Counted from the first letter of the stretch, positions 38,908 through 48,494 are shown. The stretch: 49,545 bases of DNA from Patescibacteria group bacterium (GCA_038063555.1 JBBTUX010000018.1:1-49545); one strand, 5' to 3'. Notes: generated by a model from the sequence alone, not told the origin. Translations and numbers: made by a program.

Positions 38908-39594
38908 TTACCTAACTAGCTTTAGTAGTTCTGCAATTCTAGGCATTACTTTCTCGTTCATTATAGTTTTATATTGGTGATAATTATCTATTTTATTGGG
39001 AAACAATTCATCGGGATAAATTGGTTTGCCGAAAACTAATTTCAAATGTTTTTTGAATAAGAAGAAATCTATTAAATTTGCTTGATGTACCCCTATTATG
39101 GCAACAGGAACAATAGGTGTATTTGTTCTGTGGGATAAGAAAGCTGCTCCTCCTTTGAATTCATGCAATTTTCCATCAAAACTTTTGTCTCCCTCTGGAA
39201 AAATTAAAACTGAACTTCCTTTCTCTAGGAGTTTTATATGATAAGGTAAAGACAAATTGTAATCATGCAAACCAATTTTTGCTGGATAGGCCCCCCAAAA
39301 TTTAAAGAAAATACCTCCATAAAAAATTCTCTTGAGCATTCTTTTCAAATTATAAAAAGACGGTTCTCGAGAAACATAAAAAACGGGTAAAAATCTGGAA
39401 AATAAAGGAAATGAAGCCGGCAAAAGTATGGGATCAAGTTCACTAGTATGATTGCTGACAAATATAACAGACCCCTTCAAATCTTTTAGATTTTCTAGTC
39501 CATAAACCTTAAAGTGACCGAAAAATCTTAAAAATATTTGCGTTGGTACCCAAATCAAGTTTTGTAGAAAAAAAGGTATGAATGAAGGAAGCAT
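38908..39594 (-). CDS. plsC: Lysophospholipid acyltransferase (PlsC family)
   Basis: SNHTSELD, IFPEG, FKGGAA, PIVPV. Confidence 0.85.
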   Translation of the reverse strand: MLPSFIPFFLQNLIWVPTQIFLRFFGHFKVYGLENLKDLKGSVIFVSNHTSELDPILLPASFPLFSRFLPVFYVSREPSFYNLKRMLKRIFYGGIFFKFWGAYPAKIGLHDYNLSLPYHIKLLEKGSSVLIFPEGDKSFDGKLHEFKGGAAFLSHRTNTPIVPVAIIGVHQANLIDFFLFKKHLKLVFGKPIYPDELFPNKIDNYHQYKTIMNEKVMPRIAELLKLVR

Positions 39595-39597
39595 GTT

Positions 39598-40071
39598 TTA
39601 TGATTGATTGAGTATGAAAAGCAGTGACAAGAGTCCCCCCAAAGTCCACCAAAAAAGTATATTGGGAATTTCCAAAAGTTTGGCAATTGAAGGAAGATTG
39701 GAAATTATGAAATCTTTATTTATATAAGTTGCTAGAGTTGTGATTAAAAGGCCAGAGAGAACTGCGGTTATCAAAGCCCCTTCAAATACTTTGGGAAGTG
39801 GATTCCAAGGAAAAACAACGGACACCGCCTTACGAACGACAATGTAAACAACAAGTAAAATTATTACAAATAATAAAACTTTGGCTATTTCAGCGCTTGT
39901 TGAACTTTTAGCAAAAGAGAAAAAATTATCGGTAAATGGAATCCTATCATATAGAAAAGCGGATATGGGTATTGAAAAAATAACTGAAATTCCCACACTT
40001 TTCCCGAAATACATAAGGGATAAAAGGACTATGACAAGAAAAACAGCAATACCAATAACATCAAGTGTCAT
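39598..40071 (-). CDS. Hypothetical membrane protein
   Basis: Four to five TMs. Confidence 0.65.
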   Translation of the reverse strand: MTLDVIGIAVFLVIVLLSLMYFGKSVGISVIFSIPISAFLYDRIPFTDNFFSFAKSSTSAEIAKVLLFVIILLVVYIVVRKAVSVVFPWNPLPKVFEGALITAVLSGLLITTLATYINKDFIISNLPSIAKLLEIPNILFWWTLGGLLSLLFILNQS

Positions 40072-40120
40072 GGGTATATTTTACTATAAAATTTGCTTTA
40101 ATTCTTGTATTTTTCCCCAA

Positions 40121-41194
40121 TTACATCCCCTCTTTACGTAAATCTTCTAGAAGTTTTTTGGATTCTTTAGATATTTTTTGTGGAATCGCGATATTTACTT
40201 TTATCAACAAATCTCCCCTATGATTTTTTTCATAAGGCACTCCGCGCCCCTTTACTCTTAGCACTTCGCCATATGCTATTCCCGCTGGAATAGAAACAGT
40301 AAGAGGTCCTTCTAAAGTGCTAACTTTATAATCTGCTCCTAAAAGGGCGTCCGTAAGTTTAACAGAAATGGTTGTTATTAGATTATTACCGTCTCTAGTC
40401 AAAGTTTGATGTTTTTTGACATGAATTCGAACGTATAAATCACCCGCTACCCCATTGGATGATGCTTCTCCCTTTTGGGTTAAACGTATAACTTCCCCAT
40501 GGTCAATTCCAGGAGGCACAGCAATAGTAATTTCTTCCTGTCTTTTCAAAATTTTTTCTCCACGACAAACATTGCATTTTTCCTTTGGTGTTTTACCAAT
40601 ACCCGCGCAAGTGTCGCATTGGCGAGTAACACTTACTGAACCAAAAAAGGAGCGGCGGTTCTCACGGATTTTCCCATTTCCATTACACATCTTGCATTTT
40701 TCCATTGTTGTTCCTGGTTTTCCACCGCTTCCTTTACAAACTTCACAAGTTGATAATTTTGATATGAGAACTTTCCTTTCAACGCCAAAAATACTTTCAT
40801 CAAAAGAAAGTTCCAAATCTATGGAAATATCACGACCGCGATTTACCCTCTCTCGTCCTCCTCCAAAAAAATCTCCAAATATATCCCCTAAATCCTCTGT
40901 ATTTATGTTCCCAAATCCTTGTCCAGAAAAATTACTGAAATCAAAACCGTTAAAACCAGAAAACCCTCCGCCAGCATTACCTCCTTGAAAAGTTTGTCCA
41001 TAGGCGTCATATTCGGCTCTTTTTTTCTCATCGGACAAAACCGCGTAAGCCTCACTGACTTCCTTAAATTTACTACTGTCACCACCCTTTTTATCGGGAT
41101 GATACTTATGAGCCATTCTATGAAAAGCTCTCTTTATATCTTCTTTACTGGATCCTTTTTCCACCCCCAACACATTGTAGTAATTTTTAGCCAT
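40121..41194 (-). CDS. dnaJ: Chaperone DnaJ
   Basis: HPD J-domain, G/F region, four CxxCxGxG-type repeats. Confidence 0.97.
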   Translation of the reverse strand: MAKNYYNVLGVEKGSSKEDIKRAFHRMAHKYHPDKKGGDSSKFKEVSEAYAVLSDEKKRAEYDAYGQTFQGGNAGGGFSGFNGFDFSNFSGQGFGNINTEDLGDIFGDFFGGGRERVNRGRDISIDLELSFDESIFGVERKVLISKLSTCEVCKGSGGKPGTTMEKCKMCNGNGKIRENRRSFFGSVSVTRQCDTCAGIGKTPKEKCNVCRGEKILKRQEEITIAVPPGIDHGEVIRLTQKGEASSNGVAGDLYVRIHVKKHQTLTRDGNNLITTISVKLTDALLGADYKVSTLEGPLTVSIPAGIAYGEVLRVKGRGVPYEKNHRGDLLIKVNIAIPQKISKESKKLLEDLRKEGM

Positions 41195-41265
41195 AGCTTA
41201 GAAAGTTTATTATTTTAATGAAGTGTTTTTATTATATGATTTCATTACTTTATTTCAAGTTTTTT

Positions 41266-43158
41266 CTATTTAGTTTCAGCGTCTCTAATCGGACCATTCT
41301 CCCCGCCATTGTTATCTTTATTATCAGTAGTTTGTCCCTGATTTTCCCCTTGTTTTTGCATGGCTTCGCCTATTTTGGAAAGTTCTTGGGACAGTGTCTC
41401 TAGGGCTTCTTTTAAACCAACCCCGCTATCTTTATTCTTTTTAAGTTCAGCAATTTTACTCTCTATGCTTGTCTTCAAATCAGCAGAAACCTTATCCCCC
41501 GCATCTTTCAGTGACTTCTCGGCCACATATATGAGTTGCTCAGCTTGATTTTTAAGTTCAATTTCTTCTTTTTTCTTTTGATCTTCTGCGCTATGCACTT
41601 CAGCTTCTTTCTTCATTCGCTCAATGTCGACATCCGTTAATCCTGATCTGGCTTCTATTCTTATAGACTGCTCTTTACCGGAAGCTTTATCTTTTGCTTT
41701 TACTTGCAAGATTCCATTAACATCCACATCAAAGGTGACTTCTATTTGAGGCATACCGCGAGGACTAGGTGGTATTCCATCCAAAATGAATCTACCCAAA
41801 CTTTTATTATCGCTCGCCAATGGGCGTTCACCCTGCGTGATATGTATTTCAACTGAAGTTTGATTATCCGCCGCAGTAGAGAAAACTTGCGATTTGCTTG
41901 CCGGTATATGAGTGTTTTTTTCAATCAAGTGAGTGGAAACACCGCCTAATGTTTCTATACCAAGAGAAAGCGGTATAACATCCAATAGCAAAACATCTTT
42001 AACGTCTCCTTGAAGAATTCCGGCTTGAATGGCCGCTCCAATCGCCACCACTTCATCGGGATTAATAGTTTTGTTCGGCTCCTTGCCAAAAAGTTTTTTA
42101 ACAGCTTCTTGTATAGCTGGCATTCTAGTTTGTCCACCAACCAAGATAACTTCATCAATTTCAGAAAACGACAATTTAGAGGCCTCAATAGCTCTTTTGC
42201 TAATTTCAATGGAACGCTCTATGAAAGGCGCCGTTAATTCTTCAAGTTTGGCTCGGCTTAATTTCATTAGTAAGTGTTGTGGACCAGAAGCGCCAGAAGT
42301 TATAAAGGGAATATTTATTTCTGTCTCAACTGTAGTTGACAATTCGTGCTTAGCTTTTTCAGCTGTTTCATCTAACCTCTGCACAGCTAAAGGATCATTT
42401 AAGACATCGATTCCGCTTTCTTTTTTAAATTCCGAGGCAATAAAACGCATTACAGTTTGGTCTATGTCGCGTCCACCAAGATGTGAGTCGCCATCGGTCG
42501 ACTTGACTTCTATAGTGTCATTGCCTTCGCTGTCATGAATAACTTCTAAAATTGAAATATCAAAAGTCCCACCGCCAAAATCAAAGACCGCAATCTTTTC
42601 ATTTTTCTTTTTGTTAAATCCGTAAGCTAAAGCGGCGGCCGTTGGTTCATTTATGATTCTCTTCACATCTAGGCCTGCGATAGCGCCGGCGTCTTTTGTG
42701 GCCTGTCTTTGAGCATCATTAAAATAAGCCGGAACTGTAATAATAGCTTCTGTTATTTTTTCTCCAAGCTTACCTTCGGCATCAGCTTTTAATTTTTGTA
42801 AAATGAGGGCTGATATTTGTTCTGGAGTAAACCAGTTTCCGCCAAGTTGCGCTTTGACTCCTCCATTATCACTTTTCTCTATTTTATACGGAGCATTTTT
42901 CTTATCTTTTTGAACTACCTCCTCGTCGAAAGAGTGACCGATAAAACGTTTTATTCCATAAACGGTATTGCTTGGATTTGTAACCGCTTGCCTTTTGGCA
43001 AGTTGACCAACCAAACGTTCATTGGCCTTAGAAATGGCTACAATCGATGGGGTAGTACGAGTTCCTTCTACGTTTTCAATAATACGTGGCTCACCTCCCT
43101 CTATAATAGCCATGGCTGAATTTGTTGTTCCCAAATCAATTCCTAATATTTTTGACAT
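41266..43158 (-). CDS. dnaK: Chaperone DnaK
   Basis: [30 protein letters not shown]; start at MSKIL. Confidence 0.98.
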   Translation of the reverse strand: MSKILGIDLGTTNSAMAIIEGGEPRIIENVEGTRTTPSIVAISKANERLVGQLAKRQAVTNPSNTVYGIKRFIGHSFDEEVVQKDKKNAPYKIEKSDNGGVKAQLGGNWFTPEQISALILQKLKADAEGKLGEKITEAIITVPAYFNDAQRQATKDAGAIAGLDVKRIINEPTAAALAYGFNKKKNEKIAVFDFGGGTFDISILEVIHDSEGNDTIEVKSTDGDSHLGGRDIDQTVMRFIASEFKKESGIDVLNDPLAVQRLDETAEKAKHELSTTVETEINIPFITSGASGPQHLLMKLSRAKLEELTAPFIERSIEISKRAIEASKLSFSEIDEVILVGGQTRMPAIQEAVKKLFGKEPNKTINPDEVVAIGAAIQAGILQGDVKDVLLLDVIPLSLGIETLGGVSTHLIEKNTHIPASKSQVFSTAADNQTSVEIHITQGERPLASDNKSLGRFILDGIPPSPRGMPQIEVTFDVDVNGILQVKAKDKASGKEQSIRIEARSGLTDVDIERMKKEAEVHSAEDQKKKEEIELKNQAEQLIYVAEKSLKDAGDKVSADLKTSIESKIAELKKNKDSGVGLKEALETLSQELSKIGEAMQKQGENQGQTTDNKDNNGGENGPIRDAETK

Positions 43159-43329
43159 ATGATTAATTTTTAAGGAGTGGTAACGACTATAAAAATCATC
43201 ACCCAGCACCTTTTAAATTGTTAAATTATTACCTTTTTATTTTGTTTAATGATAGACATGTTACTTAATAAATTTATTTATTGCAATAAGGTGCGGGGTC
43301 CTCAAAAAATATAGTCGCTCTACTCCTTA
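43159..43329. repeat. Family B element between grpE and dnaK
   Basis: Imperfect inverted repeat taaggagtggtaacgactata...tatagtcgctctactcctta; similar to 47408-47584. Confidence 0.75.
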
Positions 43330-43937
43330 TTTTTTGGGAAATATCCAACTATTACTTTCGCCGGTTGAATAACCTTTCCTTTTTGTAAAAATACTGGAGA
43401 AAGAACTTTCGTTATTCTATGGTCTTTTTCTAGGTCCGCAACCTCTTCCTCTCCCACCGCTTCATGCAAATTTGGGTCAAAAAATTCATTTATTGACTCT
43501 TTGATTTCAAGTCCGCGGTTCTCTAGCACCTTCATTAATTGACTATATATGTATTCAACCCCTTGACGCCAGTTTAACGGCACTTCTTCCCATCTTTTTT
43601 TATCAGCCATAGCGGCGCTAAAACTTGAAAGGACTGGTAAAATATCTTTTATCAGAGAACTTTCAGCAAAAGAGACGAAACTCTCTTTTTCAGTGGCAAG
43701 TTCCTTTTTTGAGTTTATAAAATCAGCTTTGCTTCTTTGCCAACCTGAAAGATATTCCGATTTCTCTTTTTCACAATTTTTTAATCTTTCTCTAAGTTCA
43801 CGAAGTTTTTTGTTGGCATTAATATCGCCTTCTTCGCCCTCTTCTAAAATAAGCTCATTTCCCGCGCTGTTATTATTAACCACCGCTTCATCTCCGTTAA
43901 GTTTTTTTTCGTTTTTTGTGTCTTTTTTAAAAATCAT
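43320..43937 (-). CDS. grpE: Nucleotide exchange factor GrpE
   Basis: WQRSKADFIN.KK, FDPNLHEAV, VIQPAKVIV. Confidence 0.93.
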   Translation of the reverse strand: MIFKKDTKNEKKLNGDEAVVNNNSAGNELILEEGEEGDINANKKLRELRERLKNCEKEKSEYLSGWQRSKADFINSKKELATEKESFVSFAESSLIKDILPVLSSFSAAMADKKRWEEVPLNWRQGVEYIYSQLMKVLENRGLEIKESINEFFDPNLHEAVGEEEVADLEKDHRITKVLSPVFLQKGKVIQPAKVIVGYFPKNKE

Positions 43938-43997
43938 AGGGAAAAATATTATTTTTCTAAAAACCAGCCGCAAAGTCAAGCGGGTAAATAATCCACT

Positions 43998-44414
43998 CTA
44001 ACGCTTGCTCCATTGAGGCGCTTTTCTGGCCTTTTTAAGACCAAATTTTTTACGTTCTTTCGCTCTTGGGTCTCTTTTAAGGAAACCGGCGTGTTTTAAT
44101 TCTGGTCTTAAATCTGAATTTAAATCTATAACGGCTCTCGCTATACCGTGTCTTATGGCGTCAGCTTGAGCGGCAATGCCCCCTCCTAAAACCTTGACTG
44201 AAACAGACATAGAATTGTTTAGAGACGCTTTCTTTAGAGATTCTAAAGCTATGTGTTGATGCTCCTTTAAGTGAAAGTAATCAGAAAGTTTTTTGCCGTT
44301 TATAACAAAAGTCGGTTTTGAGTTTTTAGATATGCGAACTCTGGCTATAGCGGTTTTACGACGACCAATGCCTTCTATATATTTATCTTCTTTTGTTTTT
44401 TTGTTTGTATCCAT
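43998..44414 (-). CDS. rpsI: 30S ribosomal protein S9
   Basis: GRRKTAIARV, GGG..AQA, RDPRAKERKKFGLKKARKAPQWSKR; alternative start 44438. Confidence 0.97.
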   Translation of the reverse strand: MDTNKKTKEDKYIEGIGRRKTAIARVRISKNSKPTFVINGKKLSDYFHLKEHQHIALESLKKASLNNSMSVSVKVLGGGIAAQADAIRHGIARAVIDLNSDLRPELKHAGFLKRDPRAKERKKFGLKKARKAPQWSKR

Positions 44415-44443
44415 ATTTTTAATATTCGACTTTATCATAAATT

Positions 44444-44791
44444 TTATTCAGAAACACTTAGGTTCTTAAGCATGGAACTCCTGTGTTTATTTTTAGGAAG
44501 CATACGAGACACAGCGTGGCGAATTAATTCCTCTGTCCCTTTTTGCGATTTAATAATTTTAGCCGTTTTCTGCTTCATTCCGCCAGGATATCCTGAGTAT
44601 CTCGTGTGTGTTAATTCTTCCAATTTACGGTCCGTAATTGAAAGTTTGGAAGCATTTATTATTTTTACTTTATTATTGGGAAACAAGTTTTTACGAAAAG
44701 TCGTAACATTTTTACCCATAAGAATTATGGCCACCTTGCTTGCAAGGCGTCCCAATTTTTGTTCTGTGGCATCTATGGTTTGTTCTTTCAC
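44444..44791 (-). CDS. rplM: 50S ribosomal protein L13 (GTG start, or ATG 44869 inside the element)
   Basis: IDAT...LGRLAS, INASK, YSGYPGG, AV..MLPKN. Confidence 0.95.
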   Translation of the reverse strand: MKEQTIDATEQKLGRLASKVAIILMGKNVTTFRKNLFPNNKVKIINASKLSITDRKLEELTHTRYSGYPGGMKQKTAKIIKSQKGTEELIRHAVSRMLPKNKHRSSMLKNLSVSE

Positions 44792-44891
44792 CCCGTTAGA
44801 GATATGTCCCTTTTCATAAAAGGTTTGATTTATACTAATTTTATTGGATTTTAATTTATTTGTTTCCATAATTTACAGTTTCTCTAACGGG
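44792..44891. mobile_element. Family A element (100 bp) abutting the rplM GTG
   Basis: cac|cccgttagaga...tctctaacggg, perfect 11-bp terminal inverted repeat (TIR). Confidence 0.8.
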
Positions 44892-44911
44892 TCGCCACGC
44901 TTGTTAAATTT

Positions 44912-45262
44912 CTAAACAAATTCAATAACAGCCCTCTCGCTACTGTCACTTTTTCTGATTGGTAATTTAATTATACGGGTGTAACCTCCATTTCTTTTTT
45001 CAAAACGTTTAGCCGTTTCAAAAAGTTTGCTTATAGAAGAATCGTTACTACCTAGACGTGATTGTAGCAATCTCCTTGTTGCTAGAGTATCACTTTTTGC
45101 TTTAGTAATTAACTTCTCAATAATAGGACGAATTTCTTTGGCTTTAGCCAAAGAGGTTTCCATTCTTTGTCTTAGAATAAGAGTGCGTGACAAAGACCTT
45201 AGCAAGGCCTTTCTTTGATTGTCTTCTCTGGCGAAAGCTCGACCTTTTTTGTGATGTCTCAT
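44912..45262 (-). CDS. rplQ: 50S ribosomal protein L17
   Basis: MRHHKKGR, AKAKE, RNGGYTRIIK. Confidence 0.97.
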   Translation of the reverse strand: MRHHKKGRAFAREDNQRKALLRSLSRTLILRQRMETSLAKAKEIRPIIEKLITKAKSDTLATRRLLQSRLGSNDSSISKLFETAKRFEKRNGGYTRIIKLPIRKSDSSERAVIEFV

Positions 45263-45316
45263 ATGTTTTCTTAAGTAAATGTTTGATTAAACAAATATAA
45301 TCACTTTGCTCTTTAT

Positions 45317-46276
45317 TTATTTTAACCCTATGCCGAAACCAGCCAAGGCCTTTTTAATTTCTTGCATTCCTTTACTACCCAATCCATCAATATCCAAAAT
45401 ATCCTCTTCTCTTTTACGAGCTAAACCGCCAAGAGTTCTGATATTAGCGGCATTTAGCGCATTTACCGTTCGAGGAGAAAGGTCCATAGTTTCAATTCTG
45501 GTTTTGAGCAATTCAGGGTCAATCAATTGTTTGATTTCTTTTGAAGCCACAACCTCTTCTTTGACTGGAAGGTCATAATCTTCCTCCTTAAAACCAACTA
45601 TGGACCTCAACTGATTAATCATTATTTCAATTGATTTTTCCAATGCCTCATGGGGCGTAATTATTCCATCGGTCTCTATAAATATTTTTAATCTATTAAA
45701 GTCAGTTCTGTCTCCGACACGCATATTTTCAACTTCATAATTAACGCGACGAATCGGGGTAAAACTTGCGTCAAGGGCTATGGCGCCAATTTCAACACGA
45801 TCTTTCTGTATATTTTCTTTGGAAACGAAGCCTATACCTCTTTCCACTCTCATTTCCGCCTCAAAGGAAGAGTTCTTTTCGGTTAAAGTCGCTATGTACT
45901 GGTCTTTGTTTATTATTTCAACTTGACCAGGCGCCTTTATGTCAGAGGCCTCAACCTTTTTGTTTCCTTTGACAGAAATAGTCAAAGTTTGAGGTTCATC
46001 GGTTAGCATTTTGATGCGAATTCTTTTCAGATTCAAAAGCACCGTCACCATGTCTTCTTTGATTCCGGAAATAGTGGAAAATTCATGACCAACACCGTCA
46101 ATTTTCACATTGGTTATAGCGGCGCCCGGCAAAGACGAGAGTATTATGCGTCTTAAAGAGTTTCCCAAAGTGTGGCCATAACCAGGGTAAAGGCCATCTA
46201 TTTCATAGGTTCCGCTGGTTGCGCTTTCTTCCACAACCTTTGGCTTTGACGGCAAAATAACGTTTATTTCTGACAT
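45317..46276 (-). CDS. rpoA: RNA polymerase alpha subunit
   Basis: GYGHTLGNSLRRIILSSLPG, HEFSTI.G.KED, RVGDRTDF, alpha-CTD. Confidence 0.98.
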   Translation of the reverse strand: MSEINVILPSKPKVVEESATSGTYEIDGLYPGYGHTLGNSLRRIILSSLPGAAITNVKIDGVGHEFSTISGIKEDMVTVLLNLKRIRIKMLTDEPQTLTISVKGNKKVEASDIKAPGQVEIINKDQYIATLTEKNSSFEAEMRVERGIGFVSKENIQKDRVEIGAIALDASFTPIRRVNYEVENMRVGDRTDFNRLKIFIETDGIITPHEALEKSIEIMINQLRSIVGFKEEDYDLPVKEEVVASKEIKQLIDPELLKTRIETMDLSPRTVNALNAANIRTLGGLARKREEDILDIDGLGSKGMQEIKKALAGFGIGLK

Positions 46277-46332
46277 ATTTTAAAAATTAATAATGAATAA
46301 TATTTTACAACAAAATATAATAATAATCAAAC

Positions 46333-46941
46333 CTAACGACTATAAAATTCCAAAACCGGAGAAAGGTCAAAATGAAGCCCTGTTCTTTGATAAGGCGGGC
46401 TCTCTTTTATAGTTCCCTCCCCCTTTTTAGGGTCAAATAAAACCCAATTTGGGGTTGCGTGTTCTTTCAATCTTTCTTCAAGATTTGCAAAAAGAACACT
46501 TTTCTTACTGCCTTCGCGTATTTTCACCAGGTCTCCAATTTTTACATTCATCGAAGGAATCGTTACTCTGGTTCCGTTTAAGGTAATGTGGCCGTGAGAA
46601 ACTATTTGTCTTGCCAGACGTCTTGTCGAAGCAAGTCCCATACGATAAACAACATTGTCTAATCTTTGTTCAAGCATTTGATAAAGATAGTCAACTGGCT
46701 TGATATTTTTTACATCATTGGCTTTGATTATGTAGTTTTTAAATTGCTTCTCCATGATGCCATAGGTATAACGAACTTTTTGTTTTTCCAAAAATTGTTT
46801 GGCGTAATCACTGCGCGCTCCGCGACGTCTTTTGCTTTTACCGCTACGCGCTTCCGAAAGCGCAAACTTTTGCGTTTGACATTTTTCAAAAACACCAGCG
46901 CCCAATCTTTTTCCTATTTTATATTTTGGTCCTACTATCAT
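46333..46941 (-). CDS. rpsD: 30S ribosomal protein S4
   Basis: EKQKVR..YG, LEQRLDNVVYR, ARQIVSHGH, EFYSR. Confidence 0.98.
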   Translation of the reverse strand: MIVGPKYKIGKRLGAGVFEKCQTQKFALSEARSGKSKRRRGARSDYAKQFLEKQKVRYTYGIMEKQFKNYIIKANDVKNIKPVDYLYQMLEQRLDNVVYRMGLASTRRLARQIVSHGHITLNGTRVTIPSMNVKIGDLVKIREGSKKSVLFANLEERLKEHATPNWVLFDPKKGEGTIKESPPYQRTGLHFDLSPVLEFYSR

Positions 46942-46972
46942 ATATTTTATTAATTAATGGGTCGTTAAATTA

Positions 46973-47407
46973 CTAAATACGTCTTGGTTTTTTAGCTTTT
47001 GGTCCATTGTGAGGCATTGGTGTAATGTCTTTTATAGAAAGTAAACCTATGCCTTTACTGCTAAAAGCTCTAACCGCCGCTTCTCTGCCCGCTCCTACTC
47101 CTTTTATTACTACGTCTACATTTTTAACACCAATAGCAGAACCTTTTTCACCAATCAATTCACCAACTTTTGCCGCCGCAAAGGGAGTCCCCTTTTTGGC
47201 ACCAGTAAACCCAAGGGATCCACTGGAAGAGGCGCAAACAGCATTGCCACTTTTATCAGTCAAAAGAACACGCGTATTGTTGTAAGTTGATTCAACGTAA
47301 AGTATACCGACATCTATTCTTTTTTTTGCGGCTTTGGCAAGAGATTTTGCTCGAAGACCTTGGTCCACCTCGCCGCCTGATTTTGAAGCTATTCGTTTTT
47401 TACCCAT
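46973..47407 (-). CDS. rpsK: 30S ribosomal protein S11
   Basis: STYNNT, GFTGAKKGTPFAA, DITPMPHNG; start at MGKKR. Confidence 0.97.
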   Translation of the reverse strand: MGKKRIASKSGGEVDQGLRAKSLAKAAKKRIDVGILYVESTYNNTRVLLTDKSGNAVCASSSGSLGFTGAKKGTPFAAAKVGELIGEKGSAIGVKNVDVVIKGVGAGREAAVRAFSSKGIGLLSIKDITPMPHNGPKAKKPRRI

Positions 47408-47584
47408 ATGGTTGATTTTTAATGAACGATAAGCGACTATAAAAATCACCATCCCGCCCCACTTCGACGGACATTGAGTTATTGCTTATTCGGTTTTTGT
47501 GATTTTGATTAGTCATATTTATGTTATTTGTTGTTTCTGTAAAAGTGGAGCGGGATAATTAAAATATACTCGTTACACTCCTTA
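47408..47584. repeat. Family B element between rpsM and rpsK
   Basis: Shares cgactataaaaatca and start-proximal sequence with 43159-43329; far end cgttacactcctta. Confidence 0.75.
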
Positions 47585-47590
47585 TTTTAA

Positions 47591-47971
47591 TTATGTTTTT
47601 TCTACCGCGCGACGACCTGAACCCATAGTTTTTCTGACATTGCCACGAACGGTGCGGGTGTTGGTTTTGGTTCTTTGTCCCCTTGTTGGCAAATGTTTAG
47701 AGTGACGATTCCCTCTATAAGATTTGATGTCTTTTAGACGTTTAATATTTGAGGCCACACTGCGACGGAGATCTCCCTCTATTTTTAAATTCTCAAGCAA
47801 AGTTTTTATAGAGTTTTCTTCTTCGGTAGTTAAATCTTTTGTTTTTTTAGAAATATCTATCTTTGCATTATCTAGAATAGAACGAGCGGTAGAAATTCCG
47901 ATTCCAAAGAGAGCGGTCAACGCATACTCAATTCTTTTGTTTTCTGGAAGTGTTATACCTACAATACGCAT
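47591..47971 (-). CDS. rpsM: 30S ribosomal protein S13
   Basis: MRIVG, ALT.LFGIG, IEGDLRR, YRG.RH..LPTRGQRTKTN. Confidence 0.98.
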   Translation of the reverse strand: MRIVGITLPENKRIEYALTALFGIGISTARSILDNAKIDISKKTKDLTTEEENSIKTLLENLKIEGDLRRSVASNIKRLKDIKSYRGNRHSKHLPTRGQRTKTNTRTVRGNVRKTMGSGRRAVEKT

Positions 47972-47982
47972 AGAAATTTATA

Positions 47983-48096
47983 TTAACCTTGTCTTTGTTT
48001 ATGTTTAGGATTCGCGCAAATAACATTAAGACGGCCTTTTCTGCGAATCATTTTGCACTTAGCGCAAATTACTTTTACGGAAGTTCTTACTTTCAT
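47983..48096 (-). CDS. rpmJ: 50S ribosomal protein L36 (not in ORF track)
   Basis: [37 protein letters not shown]. Confidence 0.97.
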   Translation of the reverse strand: MKVRTSVKVICAKCKMIRRKGRLNVICANPKHKQRQG

Positions 48097-48220
48097 CCCG
48101 TTAGAAATAGGAAACGCGCTTTGGCGCGTTTCCGCAACTTAATTGATAACATTCTCCAAACAATATCGGTAATTTATTTTGTAACTGTGTATATAACATA
48201 ACATTGTGATTTCTAACGGG
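48097..48220. mobile_element. Family A element (124 bp) abutting the rpmJ ATG
   Basis: tttcat|cccgttagaaat...atttctaacggg|attcat; 12-bp TIR; 5/6 flanking direct repeat. Confidence 0.85.
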
Positions 48221-48234
48221 ATTCATTTAATTTT

Positions 48235-48456
48235 TTACATTCTTTTACTTATTTTGGCCTTGTCTTCGTTATATGGGTCTATTTCCATCTCTACCGTGTC
48301 TCCTATCAAAACTCTTATTCGGTGAAGACGCATTTTGCCAGACAAATATCCAAGTATTACTTTTTTACTATCTTTCAATTCAACGCGAAAAAGCGTATTG
48401 GGAAGCGCTTCTATTACGATACCAATCTTTTTTTCCTTTTCTCTTTCAATACCCAT
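48235..48456 (-). CDS. infA: Translation initiation factor IF-1
   Basis: VIEALPNTLFRVEL, YLSGKMR..RIRVL.GD. Confidence 0.97.
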   Translation of the reverse strand: MGIEREKEKKIGIVIEALPNTLFRVELKDSKKVILGYLSGKMRLHRIRVLIGDTVEMEIDPYNEDKAKISKRM

Positions 48457-48494
48457 TAAAAATATTTACAGAACGACAAATCTTACGAATCGAT

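Noticed and set aside
40455-42538. Long plus-strand ORFs opposite dnaJ/dnaK
   Set aside because: Typical antisense shadows of conserved genes
43159-43209. ORF-track N-terminal extensions of DnaK (also RpsK to 47452 and DnaB to 9642)
   Set aside because: They lie in repeat elements; conserved starts MSKIL and MGKKR, and the duplicated ATG of dnaB, are better supported
43937-43997. CIRCE operator upstream of grpE-dnaK-dnaJ
   Set aside because: No TTAGCACTC-N9-GAGTGCTAA seen and no hrcA in the window
46333-46350. aacgactataaaa matching the family B core
   Set aside because: It is the conserved rpsD C-terminus (EFYSR*) and has no partner inverted repeat; likely coincidence
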